Shown here: positions 28,294 to 37,142 of the stretch, piece after piece | How positions within the stretch are numbered: position 1 is the stretch's first letter | Layout of the letters: the number at the start of each line of letters is the position of its first letter | Assembly: GCA_030649135.1 (NCBI GenBank) | Contig: JAUSGI010000008.1 | Coordinates: forward strand, 128,001-192,000 | Reading direction: 5' to 3' | DNA: 64,000 nucleotides | Source of the DNA: a bacterium | Lineage (GTDB): Bacteria > Patescibacteriota > Minisyncoccia > Phycocordibacterales > Zambryskibacteraceae | Position numbers and translations under genes: made by a program | Notes under the pieces: generated by a model | Databases searched by the model: none | Seen by the model: only the letters and a program-made list of their open reading frames with translations | What the model was told of the DNA's origin: nothing

Positions 28294-29214
28294 TTATTTA
28301 GACTCCGCTAATTTTTTGATAGCTTTAGTCACGATAGGCAGGATATCATCATAAAAGTTTAGAGCCAAGATGTCGGCGAGTTTGAACCATCGCACATCAT
28401 CCAACCCTCCTTGCACCTCTTTTTTTTCGAGAGTCAGTTCTTGGTATGATGCCTCCGCTAAAAAGTAACTGACGTGCTTCAATATTTTGCCTTTCTCCGG
28501 ATGATAGGTGGAATATGAATTTTCTCCCAATCGTTCGATAATGTTGACTGGTATGCCGAGTTCCTCTTGCACTTCTCGGCGAAGACCCTCCTCCTCGCTC
28601 TCCGTACCCTCCAATTTACCCTTAGCCAGAGTCCAATGCCCGAAGACATCATGAACCAAAGCCAGATAAATGTCTCCCCCATGGCGAGCATAGACCATGG
28701 CCCCGGCCAAACGTTCGACCGGCAATTTATCCAGAGGCACATTACCATATTTTTTCTTGGCTTTCGGCGCATCAAATTTACCCGGCTCCCCCATCTCCTT
28801 ATAAACAGCGCCCAACACTCCATTAATAAACCTTCCGGAAGTATCCCCGCCGAAAGTCTTGGCAAGCTCAATGGCCTCATTAATAGCCACCTTGGGCGGT
28901 ACCTCATTACGGTCCGCGAATAAAAGCTCGGCTAGTCCGATACGCAGAATATTACGGTCAACGACGGAAATTTTATCAATGGGCCAGTCTGGTGCCGCCT
29001 TTTCTATCAGAGTGTCCAGATCTCTTTTTTTCTCAAGCACCTGCCTTAAGAGCTTGTCCATAAACGGGCGGTCGTTTGTACCCGGCGCAAATTCAGCGAG
29101 AGTACGTTCAAAGATTTGGAATATCTCACCGGGCTTAGCGCCTTCGAAGTCCCAGGCAAAGAGCGTCTGGAGAATGATGGACCTCGATAGATGTCGGTTG
29201 GACATAAAGAACAA
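28294..29214 (-). CDS. nusB: NusB antitermination factor fused to a C-terminal Nudix hydrolase domain
   Basis: N-terminal half is NusB-like (SRSIILQTLFAWDF...INGVLGAVYKE). C-terminal half carries the Nudix box GKLEGTESEEEGLRREVQEELGI. The start is TTG in the track, or the ATG 9 nt downstream. Confidence 0.8.
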   Translation of the reverse strand: MFFMSNRHLSRSIILQTLFAWDFEGAKPGEIFQIFERTLAEFAPGTNDRPFMDKLLRQVLEKKRDLDTLIEKAAPDWPIDKISVVDRNILRIGLAELLFADRNEVPPKVAINEAIELAKTFGGDTSGRFINGVLGAVYKEMGEPGKFDAPKAKKKYGNVPLDKLPVERLAGAMVYARHGGDIYLALVHDVFGHWTLAKGKLEGTESEEEGLRREVQEELGIPVNIIERLGENSYSTYHPEKGKILKHVSYFLAEASYQELTLEKKEVQGGLDDVRWFKLADILALNFYDDILPIVTKAIKKLAESK

Positions 29215-29219
29215 AGAAA

Positions 29220-29423
29220 CTATTTGGTTTTTTTCGCCTTTTTCTCGAGTTTAGCTCTTAGATCGATAATTTTTCTGCCACGGTAAGTACCACTCACTTT
29301 GGAAAGTCTGTGCCGTAAATGAAAATTACCTGACTCATCTTTTGAGAGAGCGGGCTTGGCGAGCGCGTGGTGAGAGCGCCTGTTTTTGGTATGAGACCTC
29401 GTATGTCTCATTCGTACTGTCAT
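29220..29423 (-). CDS. rpmF: 50S ribosomal protein L32 (no zinc-binding cysteines)
   Basis: MRHTRSHTKNRRSHHALAKPALS...HLRHRLSKVSGTYRGRKII matches the L32 family. Confidence 0.75.
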   Translation of the reverse strand: MTVRMRHTRSHTKNRRSHHALAKPALSKDESGNFHLRHRLSKVSGTYRGRKIIDLRAKLEKKAKKTK

Positions 29424-29447
29424 GAAGCTACTTTATCATATAAATTG

Positions 29448-29499
29448 GCGAACGAAAAGCCCCGTGAGACGCCATGCTTGCGCAGGCTATCTCACGGGG
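29448..29499 (-). terminator. possible intrinsic terminator: 10 bp perfect stem CCCCGTGAGA / TCTCACGGGG with a 20 nt loop
   Basis: Sits at the 3' end of the minus-strand Nudix gene and is followed by CTTTTCGTT on the minus strand. Coordinates are approximate. Confidence 0.35.
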
Positions 29500-29983
29500 A
29501 GTGGTTGGGGTCCGATGCGGGTTCGATGCCGAGCTCGCGGCAGGCCTCCATATAATGTGGCAGATGTTTGGGAAAAAGAATGTGCCCAAGAACTTCCGCC
29601 CTGACCCAGTAAGGGGCGGACAACAGATCTCCATCGTCGTCGATCATCTCTTCTTGTCTCATATCGCCGAGGCAATCATCTATGTCGACCAGAAAGCCGT
29701 ACTGGGTATGGGTGGAGGTTACTTCAACGCTCCACTCTTTTTTCCAATGGTAGACGCAAAGCGATGTCTCCTCAAATACTTCTCTGGCCATAGTCTGACC
29801 CGGATACTCGTGATGGTACTTCAGACCGCCGCCAGGAAACTTAATCTGAATCTCGCCCAACTTACCAGTCTTGGGGTGGACGGACTGGTAATTGATTACC
29901 AGAAACTCGACACTCCCGCCCGTTGTCTCCTGGGGAGAACGGACATTGCGGCAAGGCACGGCGCAAGAAAAGTACTTAGTCAT
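29492..29983 (-). CDS. Nudix hydrolase (GC-rich)
   Basis: Nudix box GGGLKYHHEYPGQTMAREVFEETSL. Confidence 0.75.
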   Translation of the reverse strand: MTKYFSCAVPCRNVRSPQETTGGSVEFLVINYQSVHPKTGKLGEIQIKFPGGGLKYHHEYPGQTMAREVFEETSLCVYHWKKEWSVEVTSTHTQYGFLVDIDDCLGDMRQEEMIDDDGDLLSAPYWVRAEVLGHILFPKHLPHYMEACRELGIEPASDPNHSP

Positions 29984-30019
29984 TCCGTCCTCCTTCCTAC
30001 TTCCTGCAATTTTCTACTC

Positions 30020-30646
30020 CTAATTATAATACATATACTTGCCTTTTGTCAAACGAGTTAGGAAACTCCGACGGTGGATAACGGTTGGGCCAAACTTTCG
30101 GATCGCTTTCCGATGCTGACTGGTGCCATAGCCCTTGTGTATATGAAAATTGAATTCTGGAAATTTTTTAGAGAGTCTGACCATTCTCTTGTCTCGTATT
30201 ACTTTTGCCATGATGCTCGCAAGCGAAATAATCGGAATCTTTTCATCCCCTTTTATAACCGTCAGTTGATGTCTAAACCGGTCCGGCGCTTTTATACCTC
30301 CGTCCAAAAATACTTGAGCATCCTCCGGTACGGAAAGAGAGGCGAGGCTTCTCTTAATACCGAGTCTGATGGCGTAGGTGATGCCCTTGCGGTCAATAAT
30401 CTTTTCCGACACAAGCGAAACCGCAAAGTCGAGCACACCCTTTTTACGAGCCTCGAGAGCCAAAGCAAACCACAGTTCCCTATCACCCGCGGAGAGTTTT
30501 TTGGAATCTTTGATGCTCTTGAAAAAGTTTTTACTTGCCCTACGAAGCTTAAGCGAAGTGGGGTTGGGAATCGCCACTGCTCCTACCGCCACCGGACCGG
30601 CCAAAGGCCCTCTACCCGCTTCATCAATACCTACGACATAACTCAT
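30020..30646 (-). CDS. rnhB: ribonuclease HII
   Basis: N-terminal MSYVVGIDEAGRGPLAGPV with the DEAGRG catalytic motif. Confidence 0.9.
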   Translation of the reverse strand: MSYVVGIDEAGRGPLAGPVAVGAVAIPNPTSLKLRRASKNFFKSIKDSKKLSAGDRELWFALALEARKKGVLDFAVSLVSEKIIDRKGITYAIRLGIKRSLASLSVPEDAQVFLDGGIKAPDRFRHQLTVIKGDEKIPIISLASIMAKVIRDKRMVRLSKKFPEFNFHIHKGYGTSQHRKAIRKFGPTVIHRRSFLTRLTKGKYMYYN

Positions 30647-30682
30647 GCGTTACCGAAGATTATACCTTATAATGACCTTCTG

Positions 30683-33600
30683 ATGAATAAGTTTGTCCAC
30701 CTACATACCCATTCGCATTACTCTCTACTCGAAGCTCTGCCAAAAGTCCCGGACCTCGTCAAGAAAGCCCGTCTCTCCGGTATGAACTCGCTTGCCTTGA
30801 CGGATTCCGGCAATTTGTACGGCGCTATAGAATTTTATAAAGAATGTAAGAAACAGGACATTAAACCGATAATCGGAGTCGACTTCTACGTCGCTTTGCG
30901 CACCAGAAACGATAAAGAAGCGCGTATAGACAACGAGCATGGCCGCCTGGTACTCCTTGCCGAGAATAATCTGGGATACCGAAACCTCCTCAAACTGGTG
31001 ACCGATTCCTTCTTGGAAGGCTTCTACTACAAACCACGCATCGACAAGGAGTTGATTGAGAAATACCGCGAGGGTCTCATCGCTATTCTACCGACATCCA
31101 CTTCGGCAGATGTAGAGGAGAAAGCAAAATATTATAAAAGTATCTTCGGCCCGGACAACTTTTTTCTGGAACTTACCAGCCATCCGGAGGTGAGAGGCCA
31201 CCAAGAAAAGATGCGAGAAAGAATCGCCTTCGCCCAAAAGGCGGGGATCTCTCTGGTTGCCGCCCATGATGTCTACTACCTGGAACCGGACGATAAGTCG
31301 GCGCGAGACACCTTGCTCTCCATCCAAGGTCATCTTAATCTAAGCGGAGATAGCGGAGTCTTCGGCAAGGATGTCGAGAATCTTTCTTTCATTAGTAGCG
31401 AGGAAGCCAGAGAATACTTCAAAGAAACACCGGATGCCATAGAGAACACGCAAAAAATCGCCAGGAGATGCAATATTGAACTTGAACTCGGCAAATGGGT
31501 CTTCCCCAATTATGTGGTCGAGAGTGGCAAGTCGTATGACGAAGAGCTACATGATGTGGTTTATGCCGGATTTAAAAAGAGGAACCTGCCCCAGAATGCC
31601 GAAACATTGGAGCGAGTAGCATATGAATTAAAAATTATTTGCGGTAAGGGTTATTCTCCATACTTCCTGGTTGCCGCCGACCTGCTGCGCTATGCGCATG
31701 AGCATGGCATTTTGACCAATACCCGTGGTTCGGCCGCGGGCTCTATGGTTACCTACCTTTCGGGCATCACCACCGTTGACCCTCTCAAATATGCCCTGCC
31801 CTTTGAACGCTTCCTTAACCCGGACCGCCCCTCACCGCCGGACATTGACCTTGATATCGCGGATGACAGACGGGATGAGGTCATAGAATATGCCCGTACA
31901 AAATATGGCAAAGACCATGTAGCCCAGATCGGCACCTTCGGCACCATGATGGCCCGCGGGGCGGTACGCGACGTCACCCGAGCACTCGACTTCTCGTATA
32001 CCTTGGGCGACAAAATAGCCAAACTGATTCCGCTCGGCGCTCAAGGATTCCCCATGACCCTCAACCGAGCTATGGCGGAAAATCCGGAACTTAAAAAACT
32101 CTATGAAGAAGACGGGGAAGTAAAACGAATTATCGACATGGCTCAAAAAATAGAGGGTAATGCGCGGCATATTAGTGTTCATGCCGCCGGTGTAGTAATC
32201 TCGCCGGAACCACTCGTCGACTACACTCCCCTTCAGTACGATACCAAGGGAGAAAAGAAAATTATTACCCAGTACGACATGTACTCCATCGAGGAAACCG
32301 GGCTCTTGAAGTTTGACTTCCTGGGTATCAGAAACCTCTCCATTATTGCCGAGACTCTCGTCCGTATCGAAAAGATTGAAGGTAAATCAATAAAGATAGC
32401 GGACATACCCATAGACAATCGTAAGACATTTGAAATGCTGACTCGTGGCGAAACGGAAGGCACATTCCAACTAAACGGCGACGGTATGACGCGAGCCCTG
32501 ATGGAACTGAAACCTAACTCTATTCACGATATTAACGTTATGGTTGCCCTCTATCGTCCGGGACCGATGGACAACATCAAGGAATATATCGCAAGAAAAC
32601 ACGGACAGAAACCGACGAGCTATATCCACCCCAAAATGAAGAATTTCCTGGACACTACTTATGGGGTACTGGTTTACCAAGACGACCTCATCATGACAGC
32701 CATTGAAGTGGCCGGCTATTCCTGGGGCGAAGTCGATAAATTCCGTAAAGCGGTAGGCAAGAAAATTCCGGAAGAGATGAGAAAACAACATATTATCTTC
32801 GTCGAGGGCTGCCAAAAGAATGGCGGCATGAATAAGGAGAAGGCTGAGACGCTTTGGAAACTTTTTGAACCATTTCAGGGTTACGGCTTCAATAAAGCTC
32901 ATGCGGCCAGTTATGGTCACATCGCCTACGTCACGGCTTATTTGAAAGCAAATTTTCCCGCTATCTATATGTCCGCCGTACTTACGGCAGAATCCGGTGA
33001 TGTGGAAAAAATAGGAGTTATGATAAAAGAGTGCAAGCGCATGGGTATAGAGGTTCTGCCCCCTTCTATAAACGAGAGCTTTTCCCAATTTACTGTTGTT
33101 AAAGACAATGTTCCCCTAGGAAAGACCTCGGGGTACCCCGAGGTCTTTCCTAGGGGATACAAAATCCGTTTTGGGTTGACTACAATCAAAAATTTCGGAG
33201 AAGGCATATCCAGTTCCATTACAGCTGAAAGAAAAGTGCATGGTAAGTTCAGAGATTTAGAGGATTTCCTTGACTGCATCCGGGATAAAAATTTGAATAA
33301 AAAATCTCTTGAATCACTGATAAAATGCGGTGCTCTTGATGACATCCCCTCGACAAGCTCGGGACAAGTCGGCGAACGAGGCGTACTACTCGCCAATATG
33401 GATAACTTACTTGAATATCATCGGGAAAGAATAAATGCGCCTCAAAACCAGGACTCGCTTTTCGGTCTCATGTCCGACACATCCACTCTGCCTGGTTTAC
33501 GCCTCGCGAATGCTCCCGCCGCTACGCAAAAGGAGAAACTGCTGTGGGAAAAAGAACTGCTCGGTCTCTATATCTCCGGACATCCGCTGGAAGCATACAA

Positions 33601-33901
33601 AGATAAGCTTCTGGCTCTCCAAGTCAATATCGAGAAGCTCCCAGGCCTACACGAAGGTGATACGGCGGTCATTGCCGGACTGGTCGAGGAAATCCGCGAC
33701 GTTCTTACCAAAGGAAATGAGCGTATGGTCTTCATGCGCTTGGCAGATTTGTCCGGCATTATCGAGGTGGCTATCTTTCCGAGTATACTCAACGAATTTC
33801 GTTCTTTCATCCAGCCGGAAGCATGTATAGCTATCAAGGGCAAAGTCTCGAAACGGAAAGGTGAGACCTCATTCATTGCCGAAAAGATTAAGGCCTTGTA
33901 G
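30683..33901 (+). CDS. dnaE: DNA polymerase III alpha subunit
   Basis: PHP domain HLHTHSHYSLLEA, palm and fingers, HhH (GLTTIKNFGEG) and an OB fold. The start is set at MNKFVHL because the track ORF 5' extension is antisense to rnhB. Confidence 0.93.
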   Translation: MNKFVHLHTHSHYSLLEALPKVPDLVKKARLSGMNSLALTDSGNLYGAIEFYKECKKQDIKPIIGVDFYVALRTRNDKEARIDNEHGRLVLLAENNLGYRNLLKLVTDSFLEGFYYKPRIDKELIEKYREGLIAILPTSTSADVEEKAKYYKSIFGPDNFFLELTSHPEVRGHQEKMRERIAFAQKAGISLVAAHDVYYLEPDDKSARDTLLSIQGHLNLSGDSGVFGKDVENLSFISSEEAREYFKETPDAIENTQKIARRCNIELELGKWVFPNYVVESGKSYDEELHDVVYAGFKKRNLPQNAETLERVAYELKIICGKGYSPYFLVAADLLRYAHEHGILTNTRGSAAGSMVTYLSGITTVDPLKYALPFERFLNPDRPSPPDIDLDIADDRRDEVIEYARTKYGKDHVAQIGTFGTMMARGAVRDVTRALDFSYTLGDKIAKLIPLGAQGFPMTLNRAMAENPELKKLYEEDGEVKRIIDMAQKIEGNARHISVHAAGVVISPEPLVDYTPLQYDTKGEKKIITQYDMYSIEETGLLKFDFLGIRNLSIIAETLVRIEKIEGKSIKIADIPIDNRKTFEMLTRGETEGTFQLNGDGMTRALMELKPNSIHDINVMVALYRPGPMDNIKEYIARKHGQKPTSYIHPKMKNFLDTTYGVLVYQDDLIMTAIEVAGYSWGEVDKFRKAVGKKIPEEMRKQHIIFVEGCQKNGGMNKEKAETLWKLFEPFQGYGFNKAHAASYGHIAYVTAYLKANFPAIYMSAVLTAESGDVEKIGVMIKECKRMGIEVLPPSINESFSQFTVVKDNVPLGKTSGYPEVFPRGYKIRFGLTTIKNFGEGISSSITAERKVHGKFRDLEDFLDCIRDKNLNKKSLESLIKCGALDDIPSTSSGQVGERGVLLANMDNLLEYHRERINAPQNQDSLFGLMSDTSTLPGLRLANAPAATQKEKLLWEKELLGLYISGHPLEAYKDKLLALQVNIEKLPGLHEGDTAVIAGLVEEIRDVLTKGNERMVFMRLADLSGIIEVAIFPSILNEFRSFIQPEACIAIKGKVSKRKGETSFIAEKIKAL
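33113..33156. repeat. 44 bp perfect palindrome inside the dnaE coding sequence
   Basis: CCCCTAGGAAAGACCTCGGGGT|ACCCCGAGGTCTTTCCTAGGGG, where the right arm is the exact reverse complement of the left. It encodes PLGKTSGYPEVFPRG. Confidence 0.9.
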
Positions 33902-33911
33902 GATGTAGCGT

Positions 33912-35132
33912 ATGAGCGAACTGGGAAATAACGACCATCGGCGTATTGGACAAGAACTCGACTTGTTCGTGTTTTCTGATTTGGTAGGAAGCGGACTGCC
34001 GATGTGGACTCCTCGAGGCACTATTATTCGCCAGGAGCTAGACAATTTCGTCTGGGAGTTACGCTCCCAGTATGACTATTCGAGAGTAACAATTCCCCAC
34101 ATTACTAAGCGCGACCTTTACGAAACTTCCGGCCATTGGGAGAAATTCGGTGATGATCTTTTTAGAATAGTTTCTCGCGAGGGCAAGGACTTTGCACTCA
34201 AGCCTATGAATTGCCCTCACCATACTCAAATCTTCGCTCGAAAGCCGCATTCCTATCGTGAAATGCCCCAGCGCTATGCTGAGACAACCATGGTCTATCG
34301 TGATGAGCAGTCTGGAGAACTCGGTGGCCTCACCCGGGTTCTTTCTATTACTCAAGACGACTCTCACGTCTTCTGTCGCGCTTCTCAAATCAAGGAAGAG
34401 TTTCTTAAAATTTGGGATATGGTGGATAAATTTTACAGTACTTTCGGTTTCAGTCTTAGAGTACGTCTGTCTTTTCGTGACCCAGCTACTCCGGAAAAAT
34501 ATCTTGGCACACCGGAAATTTGGAACCGAGCCGAAGATGAGCTTCGTGAAATTGCAACAGAACGTGGGGCAGATTTCTTCGAAGGCCTGGGGGAGGCCGC
34601 CCTTTACGGACCGAAGCTTGATTTCGTTGCCAAGAATGCCGCGGGTCGCGAATGGCAAGTAGCGACTATTCAACTTGATATGAACCTACCCGAAAGATTT
34701 GACTTGTCATGCATTAATGAGAAAGGAGAGAAGGAGCGTATTGTGATGATCCACTCTGCTATTACCGGGTCGATTGAACGCTGCGTGGCAATCATTCTTG
34801 AACATTTAGAAGGCACTCTCCCTCTCTGGCTCTCGCCTGTCCAAGTCAAGATACTGCCCATCGGTGAAGCACATTTTGAATACGCAAAAAATGTTTTTGA
34901 GAAATTAAAAGCAGAAAATATTAGGGTAGAATTGGACGATTCAAATGAAAGCCTGGGCAAGAAAATCAGAAATGCCAAAACCGAGAAGATTCCTTATATG
35001 TTGGTAATTGGAGACAAAGAGGTTTCAGAAAGTAAAGTGACACTTGAGAGTCGTAACGATGAAAAGTTAGGTCAGATTGGAATTGAAGAGCTAGTTTCTA
35101 AACTCAAACAAGAAATAAAAGGGCGAGTTTAG
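33912..35132 (+). CDS. thrS: threonyl-tRNA synthetase, catalytic core plus anticodon-binding domain only (no N-terminal TGS or editing domains)
   Basis: HRRIGQELDLF, MNCPHHTQIF and class II motifs. 406 aa. Confidence 0.85.
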   Translation: MSELGNNDHRRIGQELDLFVFSDLVGSGLPMWTPRGTIIRQELDNFVWELRSQYDYSRVTIPHITKRDLYETSGHWEKFGDDLFRIVSREGKDFALKPMNCPHHTQIFARKPHSYREMPQRYAETTMVYRDEQSGELGGLTRVLSITQDDSHVFCRASQIKEEFLKIWDMVDKFYSTFGFSLRVRLSFRDPATPEKYLGTPEIWNRAEDELREIATERGADFFEGLGEAALYGPKLDFVAKNAAGREWQVATIQLDMNLPERFDLSCINEKGEKERIVMIHSAITGSIERCVAIILEHLEGTLPLWLSPVQVKILPIGEAHFEYAKNVFEKLKAENIRVELDDSNESLGKKIRNAKTEKIPYMLVIGDKEVSESKVTLESRNDEKLGQIGIEELVSKLKQEIKGRV

Positions 35133-36598
35133 TTCTTCGGTTTCAGGGTTGGGAAGAGGATGACTTCTTTGATGTTTTTGACACCAGTCAAGAGCATCGC
35201 TAGGCGGTCAATGCCGATGCCGACTCCACCAGCAGGAGGAATACCGTATTCCATCGCTTCAATGAAATCTTCATCAAGCAGTTGCGCTTCTTTGTCCCCC
35301 TCTTTTTTATTTTTCTCCTGCACTTCGAAGCGCTCGCGCTGGTCAACAGGGTCGTTTAATTCAGAAAAAGCTTTTACCAATTCGATTCCGCCAGCGTATA
35401 GCTGGAACGCATCCACAAGCTTCGGATTATCTTCTTTCTTCTTGGTAAGAGGCAGCATATCAAGAGGATAATCTACCAGGAAAGTGGGCTGAATAATTGC
35501 TGGTCTGATTTTTTTAAATATTGCATCTAATACCTTCATGGAGCTATGCCTGTCTTCTACATTTGACCCAAGGCGGTCGGCTTCTTTTACTAATTCAGAC
35601 AACGACGCCTCTAGAGGATTACCTAGTTCGGTGTGTTCTCTAATGAAATCTCCATACTTCGTAACCTCAAAAGGTTTATTGAAATCAATCTCACGACTAT
35701 CGAAAACAATCTTACCCTGGGAATTACTTAGGAAAACTAGTCTCCTTATCATATCTTCCACAAAAATCCGCTGCTCCGTAGCATTCGAATACGCTTCATA
35801 GAACTCCAGCATTGTGAACTCTGGATTGTGAGTAATATCTATTCCTTCATTTCTGAAATCTCTAGCAATCTCATAAACTTTCGGAAAACCAGCGGCCAAA
35901 AGTCTCTTTAAATAAAGTTCATCAGAAATTCTGAGGTAGAGATCGGTGTCTAGAGCTTTGTGATGAGTCACAAATGGCTCAGCGGAAGCACCGCCATAGA
36001 GTGGTTGTAGTACCGGAGTCTCCACTTCCAGATATCCTGCCCCATCGAGAATCTTCCTGATTTCTGTAACTACTTTGGTCCTGAAAATAAACCTCTCCTT
36101 AACTTCTAAATTTGAGAGTAGATCCAAATAACGCTTGCGGAAGCGTTCTTCCACATCAGTAAGACCATGCCATTTTTCCGGCAGAGGACGAAGGGATTTG
36201 GCGAGCATTCTGATTTCTTCTACCAGAATAGTCTTCTCGTCTCTTTTGGTCAGAAAAAAAGTGCCCTTAACTTCCACAAAATCTCCAATATCAAAAGCCT
36301 TCTCAAAAAGCTCGTATAACTCCTCTTTCAGCGGCTCTCCCTTCTTAAGAAAGGCCTGAAAGCGACCTGTACCATCGTAGAAGTCAAAAAAGGTAATTTT
36401 ACCCTGCGCGCGTAACGACATAATACGACCAACCATGTAAAGACTCTTGCCACTTTTGGTGAGCTCGTCAAAACGAGCGATACTTTCCTCGCAGGTAATA
36501 TCCCGATGGACGGTAGCAGGGTACGGGTTAATCCCCTGCTCGGTGAGAAAATTCAGTTTGGCTAAACGTGCGGAACGTATTTCTTCTATGGAGGTCAT
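35129..36598 (-). CDS. lysS: lysyl-tRNA synthetase (class II)
   Basis: N-terminal OB anticodon-binding domain followed by a class II core (FRNEGIDITHNPEFTMLEFY, GGVGIGIDRL). Confidence 0.9.
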   Translation of the reverse strand: MTSIEEIRSARLAKLNFLTEQGINPYPATVHRDITCEESIARFDELTKSGKSLYMVGRIMSLRAQGKITFFDFYDGTGRFQAFLKKGEPLKEELYELFEKAFDIGDFVEVKGTFFLTKRDEKTILVEEIRMLAKSLRPLPEKWHGLTDVEERFRKRYLDLLSNLEVKERFIFRTKVVTEIRKILDGAGYLEVETPVLQPLYGGASAEPFVTHHKALDTDLYLRISDELYLKRLLAAGFPKVYEIARDFRNEGIDITHNPEFTMLEFYEAYSNATEQRIFVEDMIRRLVFLSNSQGKIVFDSREIDFNKPFEVTKYGDFIREHTELGNPLEASLSELVKEADRLGSNVEDRHSSMKVLDAIFKKIRPAIIQPTFLVDYPLDMLPLTKKKEDNPKLVDAFQLYAGGIELVKAFSELNDPVDQRERFEVQEKNKKEGDKEAQLLDEDFIEAMEYGIPPAGGVGIGIDRLAMLLTGVKNIKEVILFPTLKPKN

Positions 36599-37065
36599 TA
36601 CTTAATGTCGATAATCTTATACGACATTATACCATTGGGGGTCTCGAAAGAGAAAGATTCACCTTTTGATTTGCCGATGGCGGCGAGACCTAAGGGAGAA
36701 TGCATGGAAATTTTGCCGAGATTGGCATCGGCTTCTTCAGAACCAACCATGGTGTAAGATTTACGAGATTTGTCGGATTCTTTTTCCACACTTATGACTG
36801 AACCAACTGTCACCAAATGCGTGCTTTGGGTCGAAACAATTTTAGCTGATTTTAAAATAACCTCGAGGCGATTAATGCGGTCTTCCAAGATGGCCTGACT
36901 ATCACGCGCCTCCTGATATTCCTGATTTTCGGATAAATCTCCGAGAGACTTGGCGTATTCCAAAGCGTCAGCAACCTCTTTGCGTTTTACCGTCTTTAGA
37001 GATTCCAATTCCGTTTCCAGCTCCTTGAACTTCTCTTGGGTCAGGTATTCTTGCTTGATGTTCAT
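36598..37065 (-). CDS. greA: transcription elongation factor GreA
   Basis: N-terminal coiled-coil and a C-terminal FKBP-like domain. 155 aa. Confidence 0.9.
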   Translation of the reverse strand: MNIKQEYLTQEKFKELETELESLKTVKRKEVADALEYAKSLGDLSENQEYQEARDSQAILEDRINRLEVILKSAKIVSTQSTHLVTVGSVISVEKESDKSRKSYTMVGSEEADANLGKISMHSPLGLAAIGKSKGESFSFETPNGIMSYKIIDIK

Positions 37066-37142
37066 GGAGTCAAATTTTAAATTAATTATTGGCAGACATC
37101 ATATCCCACTATCCACCAAAAAACAACCCTCTAGCAAACAGG

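Noticed and set aside
30074-30682. 5' part of the 1275 aa track ORF preceding dnaE
   Set aside because: It is antisense to rnhB and simply lacks stop codons. DnaE homology begins at MNKFVHL (30683).
34059-34673. 204 aa minus-strand ORF inside thrS
   Set aside because: It is antisense to a well-conserved ThrRS core.
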